DNA of 63,247 nucleotides, filler included, from Intoshia linei (GCA_001642005.1; 8 parts of 8 records of this genome joined end to end with filler, not necessarily neighbours in it); one strand, 5' to 3'; positions 43,901-57,517 are shown, counted from the first letter of the whole stretch. Numbers and translations are program-made. The notes: generated by a model from the sequence alone, not told the origin.

Positions 43901-46900
43901 AATATACTGTATTCTCTATAATTTGTCAATCTTGGGCTTAAGTCTTTTAAAGAATTTAACAAAATATAACAAATGTATAATACTATTAATTTTTATTTTA
44001 AACTTTTCAAAATAATCAATATTAATGTAGACAATGGGCGAACTACCATACTGATCAATTGTAGAGAATACAGTAGTTTTTTAATCAGTAAATGTTCGAA
44101 AAAATAACTAATATAAATTTTTATATTTTTTATTAAAAAACAAGGTCCCCCTGATAAATATATTTTTTTTAAATTGAAGATATCCATTAATATTAATTTT
44201 TATGTTACTTTTGATTTTTAATGTATATTTAAATTTTAAAAATATGTACAAGGAAATATTGATATTAAATTTCTGATTTATTCAATTTAAGGTGTCATAA
44301 TAATAGTCAGATTTTGCAATATAATTTAAAAATTAAATCTCAAACGTATCATTTATTTTAAAAATTTATAATTCAAAATGTAATGAATCGTTACTACATC
44401 TAATGGTTAAATTGTAATTTGTCATTGTCTAAAAAAATTAAATATACAAGACAAAAAGTTGATTTGACAAAAATTTTTTGTCTATCCTGGATACTTTTAA
44501 GAAAATATAGATCAATTGTCTATAATTAAAAAATCTATGAATCCATATTTTTTTTATTAGGTTTCATCATTTAGCCCACCAGATTTGCATCAAGATTCAA
44601 CTGGGTCGATAGAAATTAAAAATTTATGTCTTTAAATTTTAATTAAAATTATACAATTTATCATAGTTTACCGACGGGGATTCCGTAAATTCATCAACTG
44701 GTATGGTCTTTTTTCTATAACCTGCAATCTATAAAAATTCAATAGTCATTTTTTCACTTATTTTTTACCTCTTCTGATTATCTCGTTAGCTCTGTATATT
44801 ATTATTATTATTAATATTTTTTTGATAATCAAATTTAGCAATGAAACCCCTTACGATACAGCAACAACATATGGACAAATTGATGCAATTAGATTGCTAT
44901 CAAAATATAATAGTATTTTTGTTCTTTTATAATTATAGAAAATATTATTTAGTAAATGAAGAATTCAAAGATGTACCCATAAAGAACGGTATCAATATAA
45001 AATATTTGAGATTTACGTAAATAATATTGTTTCAATATATAATTTGCGCTAAAATAATTTAAAATTTCATAATTTTTTGTCAAACTTGGTGAAGCATACT
45101 AATTGGGTGTATTTCAAAATTTTTATTTTTTTTTGACAAAAATTTTTCAATTGATGGAACGAATTTTATACACCTGAAGGAATGGTGCTGAAAAAAGTTT
45201 GGCGATCACTAAATTACAGACTAAATTTTATTATACATTTGTAGAATTAAATTTGAATAATAAAAGTGAAAAAAATAAAATTGAACATGATAATTTGGAT
45301 AAACCCTCAGATATTGAAGAATGGGACTTTAAACCTATAAATATTAATAATACAGATGTCATAAATAATGTTATTAGCAAAGAAGAGTATAAACTTATCG
45401 CAAGTAATATTTTACTAAATATATGATATATTTTTCAGCTAGAGCTTATAGAAGAGTTGAAAAAATTCAAAATACTTTGGATTTGGCTAAAAAAAATTAT
45501 ATTCAATTGGGAGGAATTATTCCTAAAGAAGCCCAACAAAACACAAAACTACGAGAAATGGAAGAGTACTATAAACTTATATACTTATCACGATTATACA
45601 CAGTTTAAACTCTAATTAAAATTTAGAAAATGTTATGAACTTCGAGAACAATTAGATTATGAAAGGCTAAAACGTGAAAATCTTGAAGCTAAGCTAGATG
45701 AATATAAATATCTTGCCTCAAAAAAAACATTGGTAAAATCATTATCATTTTTTATAGGATCTATAAGTGTATTAAACTAGCCAAAGGTGAGAAAGTGCGG
45801 CATTGTGAACAATTTGAATTATTTTTCATTTAAAATTGTTTTATTTATTATATTTTTAAAATATTAATTTTTGGTAAAATGAAATTTTTCAGTAAAATAT
45901 TGGTAAAAGCAGTTATTTTCTTTAAGGTTTGGTAAAATTAAATTTTTTTTTTTTTGAGATCAGATAGATATATTTTTGAATTAAAAGTTTGGTAAAATGA
46001 AATTTTTTAGTTAAGGGTTTGTAAAATTTTGGTTTTTTCTCATAAGATTCTACTAAATTCAATAAAATTGGCTAAAAATTTATCATTGACTCCCCAATCA
46101 TCTAAAATTTTTGTATTCACTTCTTGAGGTGATCAGTCACTCCCGTGAGAAGCATTGCTTTATTTGATTATTAAATTTTATTTAAAAAAGTGCGGCCTTA
46201 TTAAATTTTTTTGGGACGTTAGTGGGGTCTTCGAACAGTAAATGCTTCCTCACCTCTGCACTAGTCAATAAAATAAAAATTTTCTACCAAGATTGACATC
46301 AGAGTTCAGAGCTGTAGAGAACCAATAGTGGACCCAGCTCAGATCAAAATTGTAGGTTCCATCTACAAATAAAAAAAATTAAAAACAAATTTGGACCTAC
46401 AAAAAAAGTTAACATTAAGATTAAACTAAAATATTTTAAATTGACATAATTGCACCGATAGGGTTATTTGCACATAACTGTTGGAAATATTATTAATCAT
46501 TGATTAATTTAGAATATTGGGTCCATTACCCTATTAGGTGGTAACTATTTCTCACACACGGTTGAAATAACAAGAAAAAATTTTGAAAAAAATTTTTAGT
46601 AAAATTGAATTTTTTCTGAATTTTCCCATCTTTTCGGTTTTAACCGATCATCACGGACTTACTATTCCAAATTAATAGATTATTAGATAGAAAAAAATAG
46701 TGATTCGACAATTCTCTAGTACGCTATATATTTTCGAAAATGTTAAATTTTTTTATTTTATTAACAGGGGATCAAGGCATGAAAAGATTTTTTTGATTTA
46801 TTTTGAAATATTGTTGGCAAATAACAAAAATTTTGTATATAAATAATGAGAAAAGGCTATGACAGTATTTCATATATCGTATTTAAAATCATTTTATTTC

Positions 46901-47258
46901 AATGCTTAATACATATGTAATATAACAGCGGTTCCAGGTTCAAATAGTGTACGGACCCCATTTCAAAATATTTATTTTTTTTAACCCCAAAGGAAGCATG
47001 AAATATAAAACATTAAAGATTTTTTCTCACAAGATTTGGTAAAATCGTGTTTTTCAAAAAAATATTAAAAAAAAGGGAATTTTTACATTAAAAATTTGTA
47101 ATTTTCGTTAATTGCAGTTGTCTTATATATATTTATATTTTTAGACAAAACCAAAAGAATCTGAAAATCTAAAGACGAACAAAAATTACGAATCCAAAAA
47201 TTATCACGCCAAAGTATTGGAAAATGGCATATTTACCTTGTATAATGAAAATGGATAA
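40978..47258 (+). CDS. ANKRD42: Ankyrin repeat domain protein 42, multi-exon
   Basis: Motifs are FTPLHWACHQGHLE, HWILWNGA, HVAAIRG, HLAAIHGHSFTL, HHAAFYGRLGCLQ and FPGHVAAY. The C-terminus has NYIQLGG and QLDYERLKRENLEAKLDEY. Confidence 0.9.
41302..41467 (+). mobile_element. Helitron-like mini-element, copy D, in ANKRD42 intron 41272-41535
   Basis: The candidate 5' end is A|TCTTCTATTATATA. The 3' end is TGCCCTCGGCAGAGCTAGGTGCTGTTTGTACGTAGTACAAAACTGCCAAG-CTAG|T. No TSD is visible. Confidence 0.6.
45782..46258. mobile_element. Older hAT-type MITE in an ANKRD42 intron
   Basis: Imperfect TIRs are CAAAGGTGAGAAAGT and TGCTTCCTCACCTCTG, with ACTAG in both flanks. Internal TTGGTAAAA repeats are present. 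Confidence 0.55.
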
Positions 47259-47411
47259 ATTGTTACACATAAGATAAATTGATTAATTGGATACAATGTT
47301 AATGAATTGTTAATACATGTCAAAAACAATGTAATAATAAATAATCACATTTTACAAATAAAAGTTTACCAAAACAATAAACTTGATAATACTAAGTTCC
47401 ATAGATATTTT

Positions 47412-47449
47412 ACACGTCAGTAATATGACTAATTTACATTCTGACGTGG
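47412..47449. promoter_or_regulatory. Two unfolded-protein-response elements upstream of HYOU1
   Basis: TGACGTGG (the UPRE consensus) is at 47442-47449 and an inverted TGACGTGT at 47412-47419, within about 115 bp of the ATG of an ER chaperone. Confidence 0.65.
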
Positions 47450-47526
47450 CAACTATTTGAACATACGAATATATATTGTTTATAATCTTAGAATATTGTT
47501 GTATAGATTGTATTTAAAGCTGGAAT

Positions 47527-50500
47527 ATGAACATAAGCATTTTTATCCTACTCTGCACTACATGTACATTACAGGTGGCTTTCTGTACAGTATTGTCGAT
47601 TGACGCTGGAGTAAAGTACATAAAAGTAGCTTATATAAAACGAGGGAAAATTGACATTTTGCTAAACAAAAATACAGACAGAAAAACTGAAGCTATAATA
47701 GCATTTATTGATAATACTCGTTATTATAGTGATAATGCGGCAGCCGTTATTACCCAATACCCTAAAAATACGTTTCAAAATATTGGAATGTTACTTGGAG
47801 AATCTTTGGACAGTGATGCTGCAAAATTTTATAAAAAAATGTTTCCATATCATGTTTTAGGGTGGGATGAAGAAGCTAAATCAATTACAATGTGGGTAGA
47901 TGAATTACAAACAAATTATACTGTTGAAGAAATTTATTCAATGATTTTGAAGGATGTGTATTTATTTTCTCTGGATTATACAAAAGATTCTATTTATGAT
48001 ATTGTTTTAACTGTCCCATCTCAGTCAAAACAAAGTACTCGTATTGCGTATTTTCGAAGTGCCAAAATGGCTGGAATAAAATTAACTCAATTGCTAAACA
48101 CAAATACGGCAGTAGCTATTAATTTTGCCTTGAAACGTCCAGCTTCAGAAATTAAGGAAGTTGAACATTACATTTTTATTGATGTTGGTGCAGGACACGC
48201 ACAAACCACATTGGCTTCAATTTCATCTGTTAAGGAAGCTGGTAAACAGGTTCATAAAATTGATATTTTAAACTATCAATCTCTCGATCATGTTGGAGGT
48301 TCAATGTTTAAAAATATTTTGACAAATTATATTTTGAATATTTTTATAAATGAAAATAAAAAATTTGAAAATGAGATACGTAATGATTATCGTATATTTA
48401 CCAGAATTGAAACCCAAGTACAAAAGGCAATTGTTACACTATCTGTTAATGATAAATATTTAATATTTATCGAAAGTTTGTACCTAGATATTGATTTGAA
48501 GACTATGATAACTATAGATGAATTTAACGACATGTGTAAAGTAGAATTTAATAGAATTGCATCTTTGTTGGAACATATACTAGATCAATGTGAATTAATG
48601 GATATAGTGCCTAAGCTTGCTATTCTTATGGGTGGTTCTTCTAGAATACCAAAAATTCAAAATTTATTGACTCAAAAATTTGGTAAACCTCTTGCACAAA
48701 TCATTAATACAGATGAAGCGGCAGCACTCGGAGGTGTATATCAAGCAGCAAAGTTGTCCAAAACTGTTAGAATTAACTCTATTAATGTTGTTGATGCTTA
48801 TTCACGCGAAATTGTAATATCCTACAATAAATCAAACTCTAATCAAATTGTTACTAGAAGATTGTTTTCGAAATTTAACAAATACCCTTCACGAAAATCT
48901 ATTATTCTGACCAATAGAAATGAAGAATTTTATGTTAAACTAGGATACTCTAAAAATAAGGAAAGTTCCGGTAAAAGTGCACTGCAAACTCTTTCGGAAA
49001 CTGATATTATTACTACTAAAATTAGTGGAATGCAAGCTGCAATAGATAAAATGGCCAATACGACTTCAAGTTATGAAGAAAAGGGGGTCAAGTCTTATTT
49101 TGTTATTGATGATAGTGGTATAATATCTGTTGAAAAATCAGAAATTGTTTTTAACGTCACCAAGGATGATGTGGATGTTGAAGAATCTTGGTTGGGTAGT
49201 TTGTTTGGATCTTCTAATGATTCCCAAGTTATTGACCTCCAAAATTCAACGGATTCGAAAGAAATTAATATTGATCGTAATATTTATATTTACATGTAAT
49301 AATCATTTTTAGCAAATTTAAATTTAAAAGAAACAGCATCTGGAGAGTCTGTTCCAAGTCGAAATGTTTCAGATTCTGTTAAAATTAGCAATACTACCAA
49401 TACAACTATTTCTGTTCCAGTAGAAAAAAAACCAGCCTTTTCCATCAAGAGAATAAAATTAAAGGTTGAATTGGATTCGCTTTATTATACTAGCAAAGAA
49501 AAATTAGAATCATCACTGAAAAAGTAATTTTTGTCAATGTTACAAAAGATATGTTTTGAAAATATATGATAGTAAAAAAAATTTTCCTAAAAACCCGTTT
49601 GAAAATATAGTAAAAAAAGTTTCCCTAAAAACCCCCTTGAAAAAATGGTTAAAAAATAATGGTGAATTAGAGTGTTAATATTCGCTTATTTATCTTGAAC
49701 TCTGATATTACTCTGGGCTAGAGTAATTACCCACTCAAATTATGATAATGGTATAATTATTGAAATTATAATTAAATTTATTATAAGTGTTTTATTGAGA
49801 TTTTGATATTATTATTGTTTTCGTTACAAATAGGTAAATATGAAAATTTAGCTAAATTTTAAGCTATGGTTCATTAATAACTTGTTTTCGTTAAATTATT
49901 TATCTTTCGAAAATTTATAATTTATTTATGTTTCTTAGAATCAAAGCATTAGATACACATGACGAAAATCTGGAAAGGATTCAAAAAATTATTAATGATA
50001 TCCAATCTACATATTTTGATGCTAAATATAAATTCGAAGATGAAGATATTATGAATATGGTTACTAGTGAATCAGAAAGAGAAGAGGTTATGGGAAAGTT
50101 GAATAATATCAATGATTGGTTGGATGAATCAATGTACGATAAAAAAGTATTGTATGAGGATTATCTTGTTAAATTGGAAGAAATGCATGATTTACTCTCA
50201 AATATTTATTCTAGAGAATTTGAATACTTGCATCGTCAGGAAGGTATTGATGCTTTGAGACAATATATAAATACATCATTCGAATTTAAAAAAATGTACA
50301 AAGAGTATATTGGAAAAAATTTGCCTATGGACGAAACTGACGACGAAAAGTTTACTTATTTGATTATTTCTACCGAAGTAAATTTTTTTATTATAAATTC
50401 AAGTCTAACATGTATATAATCACTGTGATAAAATACCTGTAAAAAAGATATATTATATTTTATCATAACTTATATATTTATATTTAGGAATGGCTGAATA

Positions 50501-51235
50501 AAACATTATCAGAACAAAATAAAATTAAAGCAACAGAAACACCCGTATTAAAAATTAAAGACATTAGAAGTAAATTGACGAAATTGGGCAAAGAAGCAAA
50601 AATTTTGTCAGAGAAAATTAAAAATTTTGTACCTGAAAAAAATTGTATTTATTATATTTGACTTGATAAATTATTTTTAGCCAAGGATTTACTTAAAACA
50701 TTAAAAGAAATGGTAAAATCTGGTAAAGAAACTATTTCTTCCTTTGTTGACAATATTTTACCGAGCGTTGAAGATGGTAAAGAAAAAGATGAAGAAAATA
50801 CAATAAACAACCTTTTATATCAAAATATGACTCAAACATTAAATTTAACCATAATTGACACTGAGGTAAGAATTTAGTTTTAAAATTCTTAATTTCTTAA
50901 ATTTTGTTGATATAAATTTATTAATTTTATTTTAGAAATGGATTGACGAAAAGGCAAACAATGAAACAAGTTTACCTACCGTAGAGGAATTTGAAGAAAA
51001 GATTCAAAAAATGTATCAAGATGCCACATTATTAAATAAATTGGTTAATTCGTCCAAAAATGATACTTTTGATGGCACAGTAACAGACAATATTGATATA
51101 CCCCCTGCTGATGAAAAAAGTGACTTTAATAATTTATTTATCTTATTGTATATTATTTTTACTTAATTTTTGTGTAATTTCTTTTTTTTAATTTTTCTTT
51201 TAGTTAAAAAGGAGGATGTTAAAACTGAATTATAA
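47527..51235 (+). CDS. HYOU1: ER large Hsp70 / nucleotide-exchange factor HYOU1 (GRP170/Lhs1)
   Basis: It has a hydrophobic signal peptide and the motifs SIDAGVKYIKVA, GGSSRIPKIQ, INTDEAAALGGVYQAA and a long helical tail. The spliced C-terminus KKEDVKTEL* is a KDEL-like retention signal. Confidence 0.92.
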
Positions 51236-51711
51236 TTTAATAAATTTTAATTCTTTTTATTGTGTCTATAATTATTATGACAATATATTATAATATATTG
51301 TCATATTAAATAACTAATACATTGTACAATATATGTAGTGCATATTATGTACTCTATTTGTATAATTTATTATAATAGTTTTTGTAATATTACAAAAAAT
51401 TATTCAATTTTATTTGTAAAGGTCTCAACAAATCTCATTGTGTCGCGATGATGAGATATTTCCAAATAAATCATTTTTATTTTTCTCGAGTTTGTTGACT
51501 TATTTTAATTTTATTTACATGTTAAAATGAAATTAATAAAAAATTGATGTTTTGATATATGTCGATTATTGAATTGTAATTTCATAAATTAATAAAAAAA
51601 GTATATCCACAGACTTCCGGCTATAGCGTAATAGATAAAGTTGAGTTATTTAAAGTCAACAGGGTTACTAAAACAACAATTATTTCTATATTTGATGATT
51701 GTTTCTTTAAG

Positions 51712-53500
51712 ATGAATGAGGTTTGTGAATATTTGGATAATTTAAAGTTTGTTGCGTGTAAAGTATACTTGCCCAACTATGAAAATAAAAAGGTAAAATA
51801 CTCTGATGATATTTTATTGGCATTGGCAAAAGTTGAAATAGCAAAATCTCTTAAACACGACTCGCTGTCCACTTTCTTGGATATAGAATTTGTATGTGAC
51901 GGTAAAAAAGGGTTGTGAAAATTTTTAATTTCTATAGGTAATATGATGTCTATATTTTACATGAACAATGATCCTTTACTTGAAGTAAAACTTCAAAATG
52001 AAAAAAATAAAAAGTAACTGGAATGTAATAATATTACATGTATTTAGAAATTGGAATTGGGAAACAATCTTGATTGATATTTTTAGTGGTTTAATATTTT
52101 TACACGAAAATGACATTATAAATGTGGGCTTAAATGTCAAAAATATTTCCATCAACATTAAAACGGTTTTAATTTTTTTAACTATTTTAACTTTTATTTT
52201 AGGGACAAGCAAAAATTTTAAATTATCTAAATTATTACTTATCAAATTTTGACGATAAATCTACAGTTTCTAAATCATATGAACAAATAAATAATTTAAC
52301 AATTACAGAAAAAACCGATTATTGGTTTTTAGCTATAGTGCTTATTCAAGCATATAAGGTGATTAATATTTTTTCTAAATTAAAATGTTTTAGTGTCAAT
52401 TGGTGTCAATCGATCAAGATTATTACGAAGATTGTTCTTCAATTTTAATGAAAGGTTTTTTACAAAAATAATTGGCGATATCAGTTTTTATGAGTCATTT
52501 TAATGATATTAATGAATGAAATTCCAAGGCAGCATTATATATAAGTTGACTATATTAACTAATTTTTGAAAATCTTTTTTGTATAAAAATTTTTATGCCT
52601 TGGTCCCCTCTAACAATAAAAATAAAAAATGAAAGAATTTAACTTTTTAACTTTTACTAAAAATCTGTCGATAGCGTATTTTATATGTAGATTACTAAAA
52701 AATACAAAACTATTATTTATACATTACGTATTACATTATTATATTTTTTTAAATTTATAAATTAGATACGGAAAATAATTGTCATTATTATGATTATTTG
52801 TTGGAATGTCAAAATTTAAATAATGTAATTTTATAATTTAAGATATAAATTTTAAGTGATTTTTTTATTTTAGATACCGGAAGATCTTAATGTAGTATTA
52901 GAATCTTGTGTTTTATTAAATTTTCAAAGAGATTTGTAATTTTTTATTTTTCATTAAAATAAAATTAGAATTACTAATGACACTAAAATCTATATTAAAC
53001 AAATTGTATCCGAATTAATAATTTCTAATAAACGAAAATTACCTTCGGTAATTAAAATTTGATGATTAATATATTTTAGAGAATGTATGATTTCTATGAA
53101 TGTATTGGAACAAATCATTTGAAATGCGATTATGTAAAATCACAGATTCAACCTTATTCTCCAGTATTATGTAATAGTGTTTTGTATAGTTTATACAAAA
53201 ATACCTACATGAAAGATTTTGATAAATTAAAATATGAAATTATTTATGAAATTAATTGTCAACAAGAATTATTGGATGTATACAAAATTTATAGTTTTAA
53301 AACTTCCAATTTTATTAAAAAATTGAAACAAAATTTGGACCTTATTTACATTACTATTTTTTACAAGTTTTTTATTTGATGTATATTATATAAAATATTT
53401 AATTAGAAACGAATATGCAAATATTAATTTATCTTTGACTGAAAAGGATGGTAAAATAAATAAAAATGTCAATCATGTGGGCGATGATATTTATTTTATA
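51712..53500 (+). CDS. Protein pseudokinase resembling the N-terminal half of TBCK (TBC domain not seen)
   Basis: Spliced exons give VEIAKSLKHDSLSTFLDI...IFSGLIFLHENDIINVGLNVKNISI...GQAKILNYLNYYLS...TEKTDYWFLAIVL. This is a kinase fold with HRD and DFG lost, and the spacing resembles TBCK. Confidence 0.55.
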
Positions 53501-53869
53501 AAAACGGTATATTTTTTAATTATTATCAGATTATCACCCAGAACAGTGTTTCTTAACCTTTTTTACTCTGGGCTCCAGATAAATACATTACATTTTGGGG
53601 CTCACCTTAAATTTTGATATGTACATTGTACAATGTACAGTAGACATATGAATAATTCAATAAATAAGTTAATTATAAATGCCTGTATGTGGGAACAATG
53701 AGAAAATATATATGAAATAGTGTAGTAATTTCAAAATTTGTTGAAACTCAAAAAGACATACGCAATAATTGAAAATCTTTATTTTATGGGTATAAATTAT
53801 ACCTATAATACATAGTTATAACATATTTGTCGCAATAAATTTGTAATTCAAATATATCAATCTTAGAGG

Positions 53870-54392
53870 CATCCCATAATTCTGTCATCACGTTTATGCA
53901 TCGCTCGGCAACAATATTTGTTCTAGGAACGTCTATAATGGAAGGTTCAAAATTCCAATTATTTAAAAAACACTTTTTTGCTTTAGGATACTTTTATAGT
54001 GCAATCTTCATATCACGTTGAAGAACTTGGTCAAAATACTGGTTATGAAACCACAATGAAGACCATTGATGAGATATAAAAGAGCACAACAATCTAAAGT
54101 CATCATTTTGGTGCCATTCAAAAATACAAAAATATGCAACTAACGCATATAATGCAAGAGAATTCCACCTAACTATAGAAATTGACGGCAATTTACGCCA
54201 TACAATTTTTGGAAAGCAATTGTATCTTTTGAAAAATTTAAAAGTCTTTGCTAATTCATATAGAAACTTGAAATCCGCTCTCCATCCCGGATTTTCTCTG
54301 TTAACTATCATTGTTGCCGTAAATTTATAATTTTCTAAAAGATTATCATAATTAGAAGTTACATCCGCTACGAATTTGTGATTTAAATTAGA
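53870..54392 (-). pseudogene. Divergent hAT-like (possibly hATm-type) transposase C-terminal fragment
   Basis: It reads WRADFKFLYEL...LPSISIVRWNS (RW motif) and, after a stop, VPRTNIVAERCINVM (candidate catalytic Glu). It is truncated by a gap. Confidence 0.5.
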
Positions 54393-54492
54393 NNNNNNNN
54401 NNNNNNNNNNNNNNNNNNNNNNNNNNNNNNNNNNNNTTAATTAATTAANNNNNNNNNNNNNNNNNNNNNNNNNNNNNNNNNNNNNNNNNNNN

Positions 54493-54637
54493 AACCACTC
54501 CTTTAAAGGATTGATAATAGTGAATAGTAGGATTTTTAAGTTAGATAATCAACGTGAATTTATTTTTTTGGTAGAATAAAAATGTGCCCTCGGCAGAGCT
54601 AGATTATGTTTGTACGTAGTACATAACATTCAACTTA
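54493..54637 (+). mobile_element. Helitron-like element, copy E (gap-adjacent)
   Basis: It matches the 3' 150 bp of copy B, with a decayed terminus. Confidence 0.6.
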
Positions 54638-54725
54638 TTATAATTATATACACGGTATATTGTCTTATCTGATGTCAGCACAAAACCCCATAAACCCATG
54701 GTAAATGAAAAGATAAATAAATGTT

Positions 54726-55604
54726 TTATTCATAAAAAGATTGATCATAATGAGTAAGAAAGAAAGTAGATTCAACACGCTCTGTTTTGTCCCTTTGAGC
54801 ATAGAGATCGAGCCAATAATTGAGATTATTTTTAACATGTCTAAACAAATTCTGATTATTTGCATAATACTTGTTGATTTTGTATTGATCACATTTAAAG
54901 ATTAGTTTTTTAATTTTTTCATCAATATCTCGATTAAATTTGTCAACTTTTTGATTTTTCAAAATTAAAAGTGACAACCTTCGTTGATCATTAGTATTTG
55001 TACGTTTTAAATAACAATTTGTCAATTCTTTGACAATAGATAAATAATTTGAAATTATATTTCGTAAAGCTTCATCTCTGAAAATTATTTTGTTGTTAAT
55101 AAGGGACGACTGACTGAACCCAAAATTGTTCATCAAATATACTCGATTTTTTGGTTTTTCACCGATATGTGTCGTTTTTAACCCATACATTTTATAGTAA
55201 TAAACACAATACCGCCAATTTCTGTAAACATTCGAGTTATTTGATGACATCCACAATTTTTGAATTTGTTTAGTTGTAAGTGGCACTTCTTTTCTAAGTA
55301 AGAAAATATAAAATGATTTGAAAAAAAATGTATAAAATTTAAATTCAAATTTTTACTCGGCATTGGACTCATCTTTACGCTTCCAAAGGATAATTGAAGG
55401 CTGAACAAATTTAGCTTTTTTTAATTTTAAAAAAACTTTTTTCTCTGCTAGCAGTTCATTTTCTTTAATTTTTGCACACTTATCAATTTTACCCAATTTT
55501 AGTTTAAACTGACGATCTTCATATACATTATCCTTTAGTAAAACTCTTCCAAATGCAGACTCACTCGGATTATCGGCCGATCTCAAAGCTTTTTTATAAA
55601 ACAT
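54726..55604 (-). CDS. Two-exon hypothetical basic protein (about 270 aa)
   Basis: ORFs 55353-55604 and 54726-55286 join in frame through the 63-nt GT-AG intron 55356-55294 (ESNAE-KEVPLTT). Confidence 0.6.
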
Positions 55605-56106
55605 TATTTTTAAGCAAAATTTGTTTTAAGGCAAAGAATCAATGAATAGACTAATTAGACCTCAATTAGAATTACACAATGATTTCATTAAAAAATGTCA
55701 AATTTAACTGCAGAGTTAAACTCTACTTTTATTTATATCCAATATAAATTACATTTACGGAAATGATCTAATTGATCAAGTTCAACAATTTTATTCATTA
55801 AAATTAAAGTTATAAATTGTTTGATTACAGGTAAGACTTACTCGAATGAAAAATTTTTATTGACTATTGTTCATTTTTAATTTATATTGATATGCCACAT
55901 TTGATAAATCTTTTTAATTACAATTTATGCATTTTTCATTTGTCAATATTATTACATTTTTTAGGATTAAGCTTTTTGAATAATTCAATGCTTGTATTTA
56001 ATTGTCAATCATTTATATATTCTTTGTTAGAGTTTTATAATTTTTTTACAATTACAATTAATTGTATATGTAAATTTTCCTAAATTGGTATAATTTATAT
56101 TTAGGA

Positions 56107-56156
56107 CTAGCTTGACTGTTATGTAATTCGTACAAACAGCAGCCTAGCTCTGCTGA
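56107..56156 (-). mobile_element. Helitron-like 3' end, copy F (gap-adjacent)
   Basis: The reverse complement reads CAGAGCTAGGCTGCTGTTTGTACGAATTACATAACAGTCAAG-CTAG|T. Confidence 0.6.
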
Positions 56157-57517
56157 NNNNNNNNNNNNNNNNNNNNNNNNNNNNNNNNNNNNNNNNNNNN
56201 TTAATTAATTAANNNNNNNNNNNNNNNNNNNNNNNNNNNNNNNNNNNNNNNNNNNNTTTGAGGAAGTATAATACACAGGTAGATCATAAACTTTGAAACA
56301 TCTAGGGTTTATACTTTTACCGACAACCATTAACTTTTGCCTTTGTACACACACAGTAAATTGTCGTGAAAAAATTATCTACTAACGGTACAAATTAGTA
56401 AATTATTCACTAACGATTTCTCTACTAACGGTACTTGACTACGATTATAAAATACGATCTTATGATTTACGATCAAAAAACTACGATCATTTGAACGGAC
56501 ACGTCTTTTTTGCTAAAGTCAGTGCTGTGTTAATGTCATTATATTTGTAATTTATACTATTAGTGCAATATTGTCAATATAAAAAAATTGGTATCGATAA
56601 CATCCACATCGTCTTCAAAATATGTAGCTGTAGCATGCGACTATACTCCGAAATGTGATTCAGAATTAAATTTGGATTTACAGGTTATTATTTACATGTT
56701 AAAAATTCAATCGTTTTAAATAGGTGCATATTCATTTTTCGCATACAAATTATTAAATCATAATTTTATCATACTTTACTTACTAAAATTTTAGTGTTTC
56801 ACAATAAATATATTTAATTCATTGGGACAAATTGTTAAAAACCGAAAAGTCAAATTTTTTATAAAATTTCTAAGCATAAACAATACATGCGTTACAGCTG
56901 CAAATGAATCTGCTTTCTATGTTTGGACATATTGTAATCAACTCAATGAAGAAAGTTTACGATATAGTTATTCAAACATAATGTACAATCAAAGGTAAGT
57001 CATTAATCTAAAAAACTAATAAACGTACATAAAACATTGTACAAACAATACTAGAGCTAAAATTACCCAATTCGATACATCATTGTACTTTAATCACATC
57101 ATTAAGTGTTTTTAAATGATTTCCAACCCTGATATCATATATTTTATTAAATTATAGATGTTACCACATCGATGACGTCCCATCAGGTGTATCTAATTCA
57201 AATTTGAATTTTGACAGAATGTTTGAGGTAATTATTATTTCATGAATCCAGGAAAAATATACTTATAGCCAACTCAAGACGAAATTAAAGCAATAGAAAT
57301 GTCTGAAAATAGATTGGCTATTGTAAGTTTTAATTTTGAAAATTCATAAAATTTGTAATAGTATTACATATTATGTACTAATTTGAAAATTTTTAGATGA
57401 GAGCCTCTGGAAATTTANNNNNNNNNNNNNNNNNNNNNNNNNNNNNNNNNNNNNNNNNNNNTTAATTAATTAANNNNNNNNNNNNNNNNNNNNNNNNNNN
57501 NNNNNNNNNNNNNNNNN

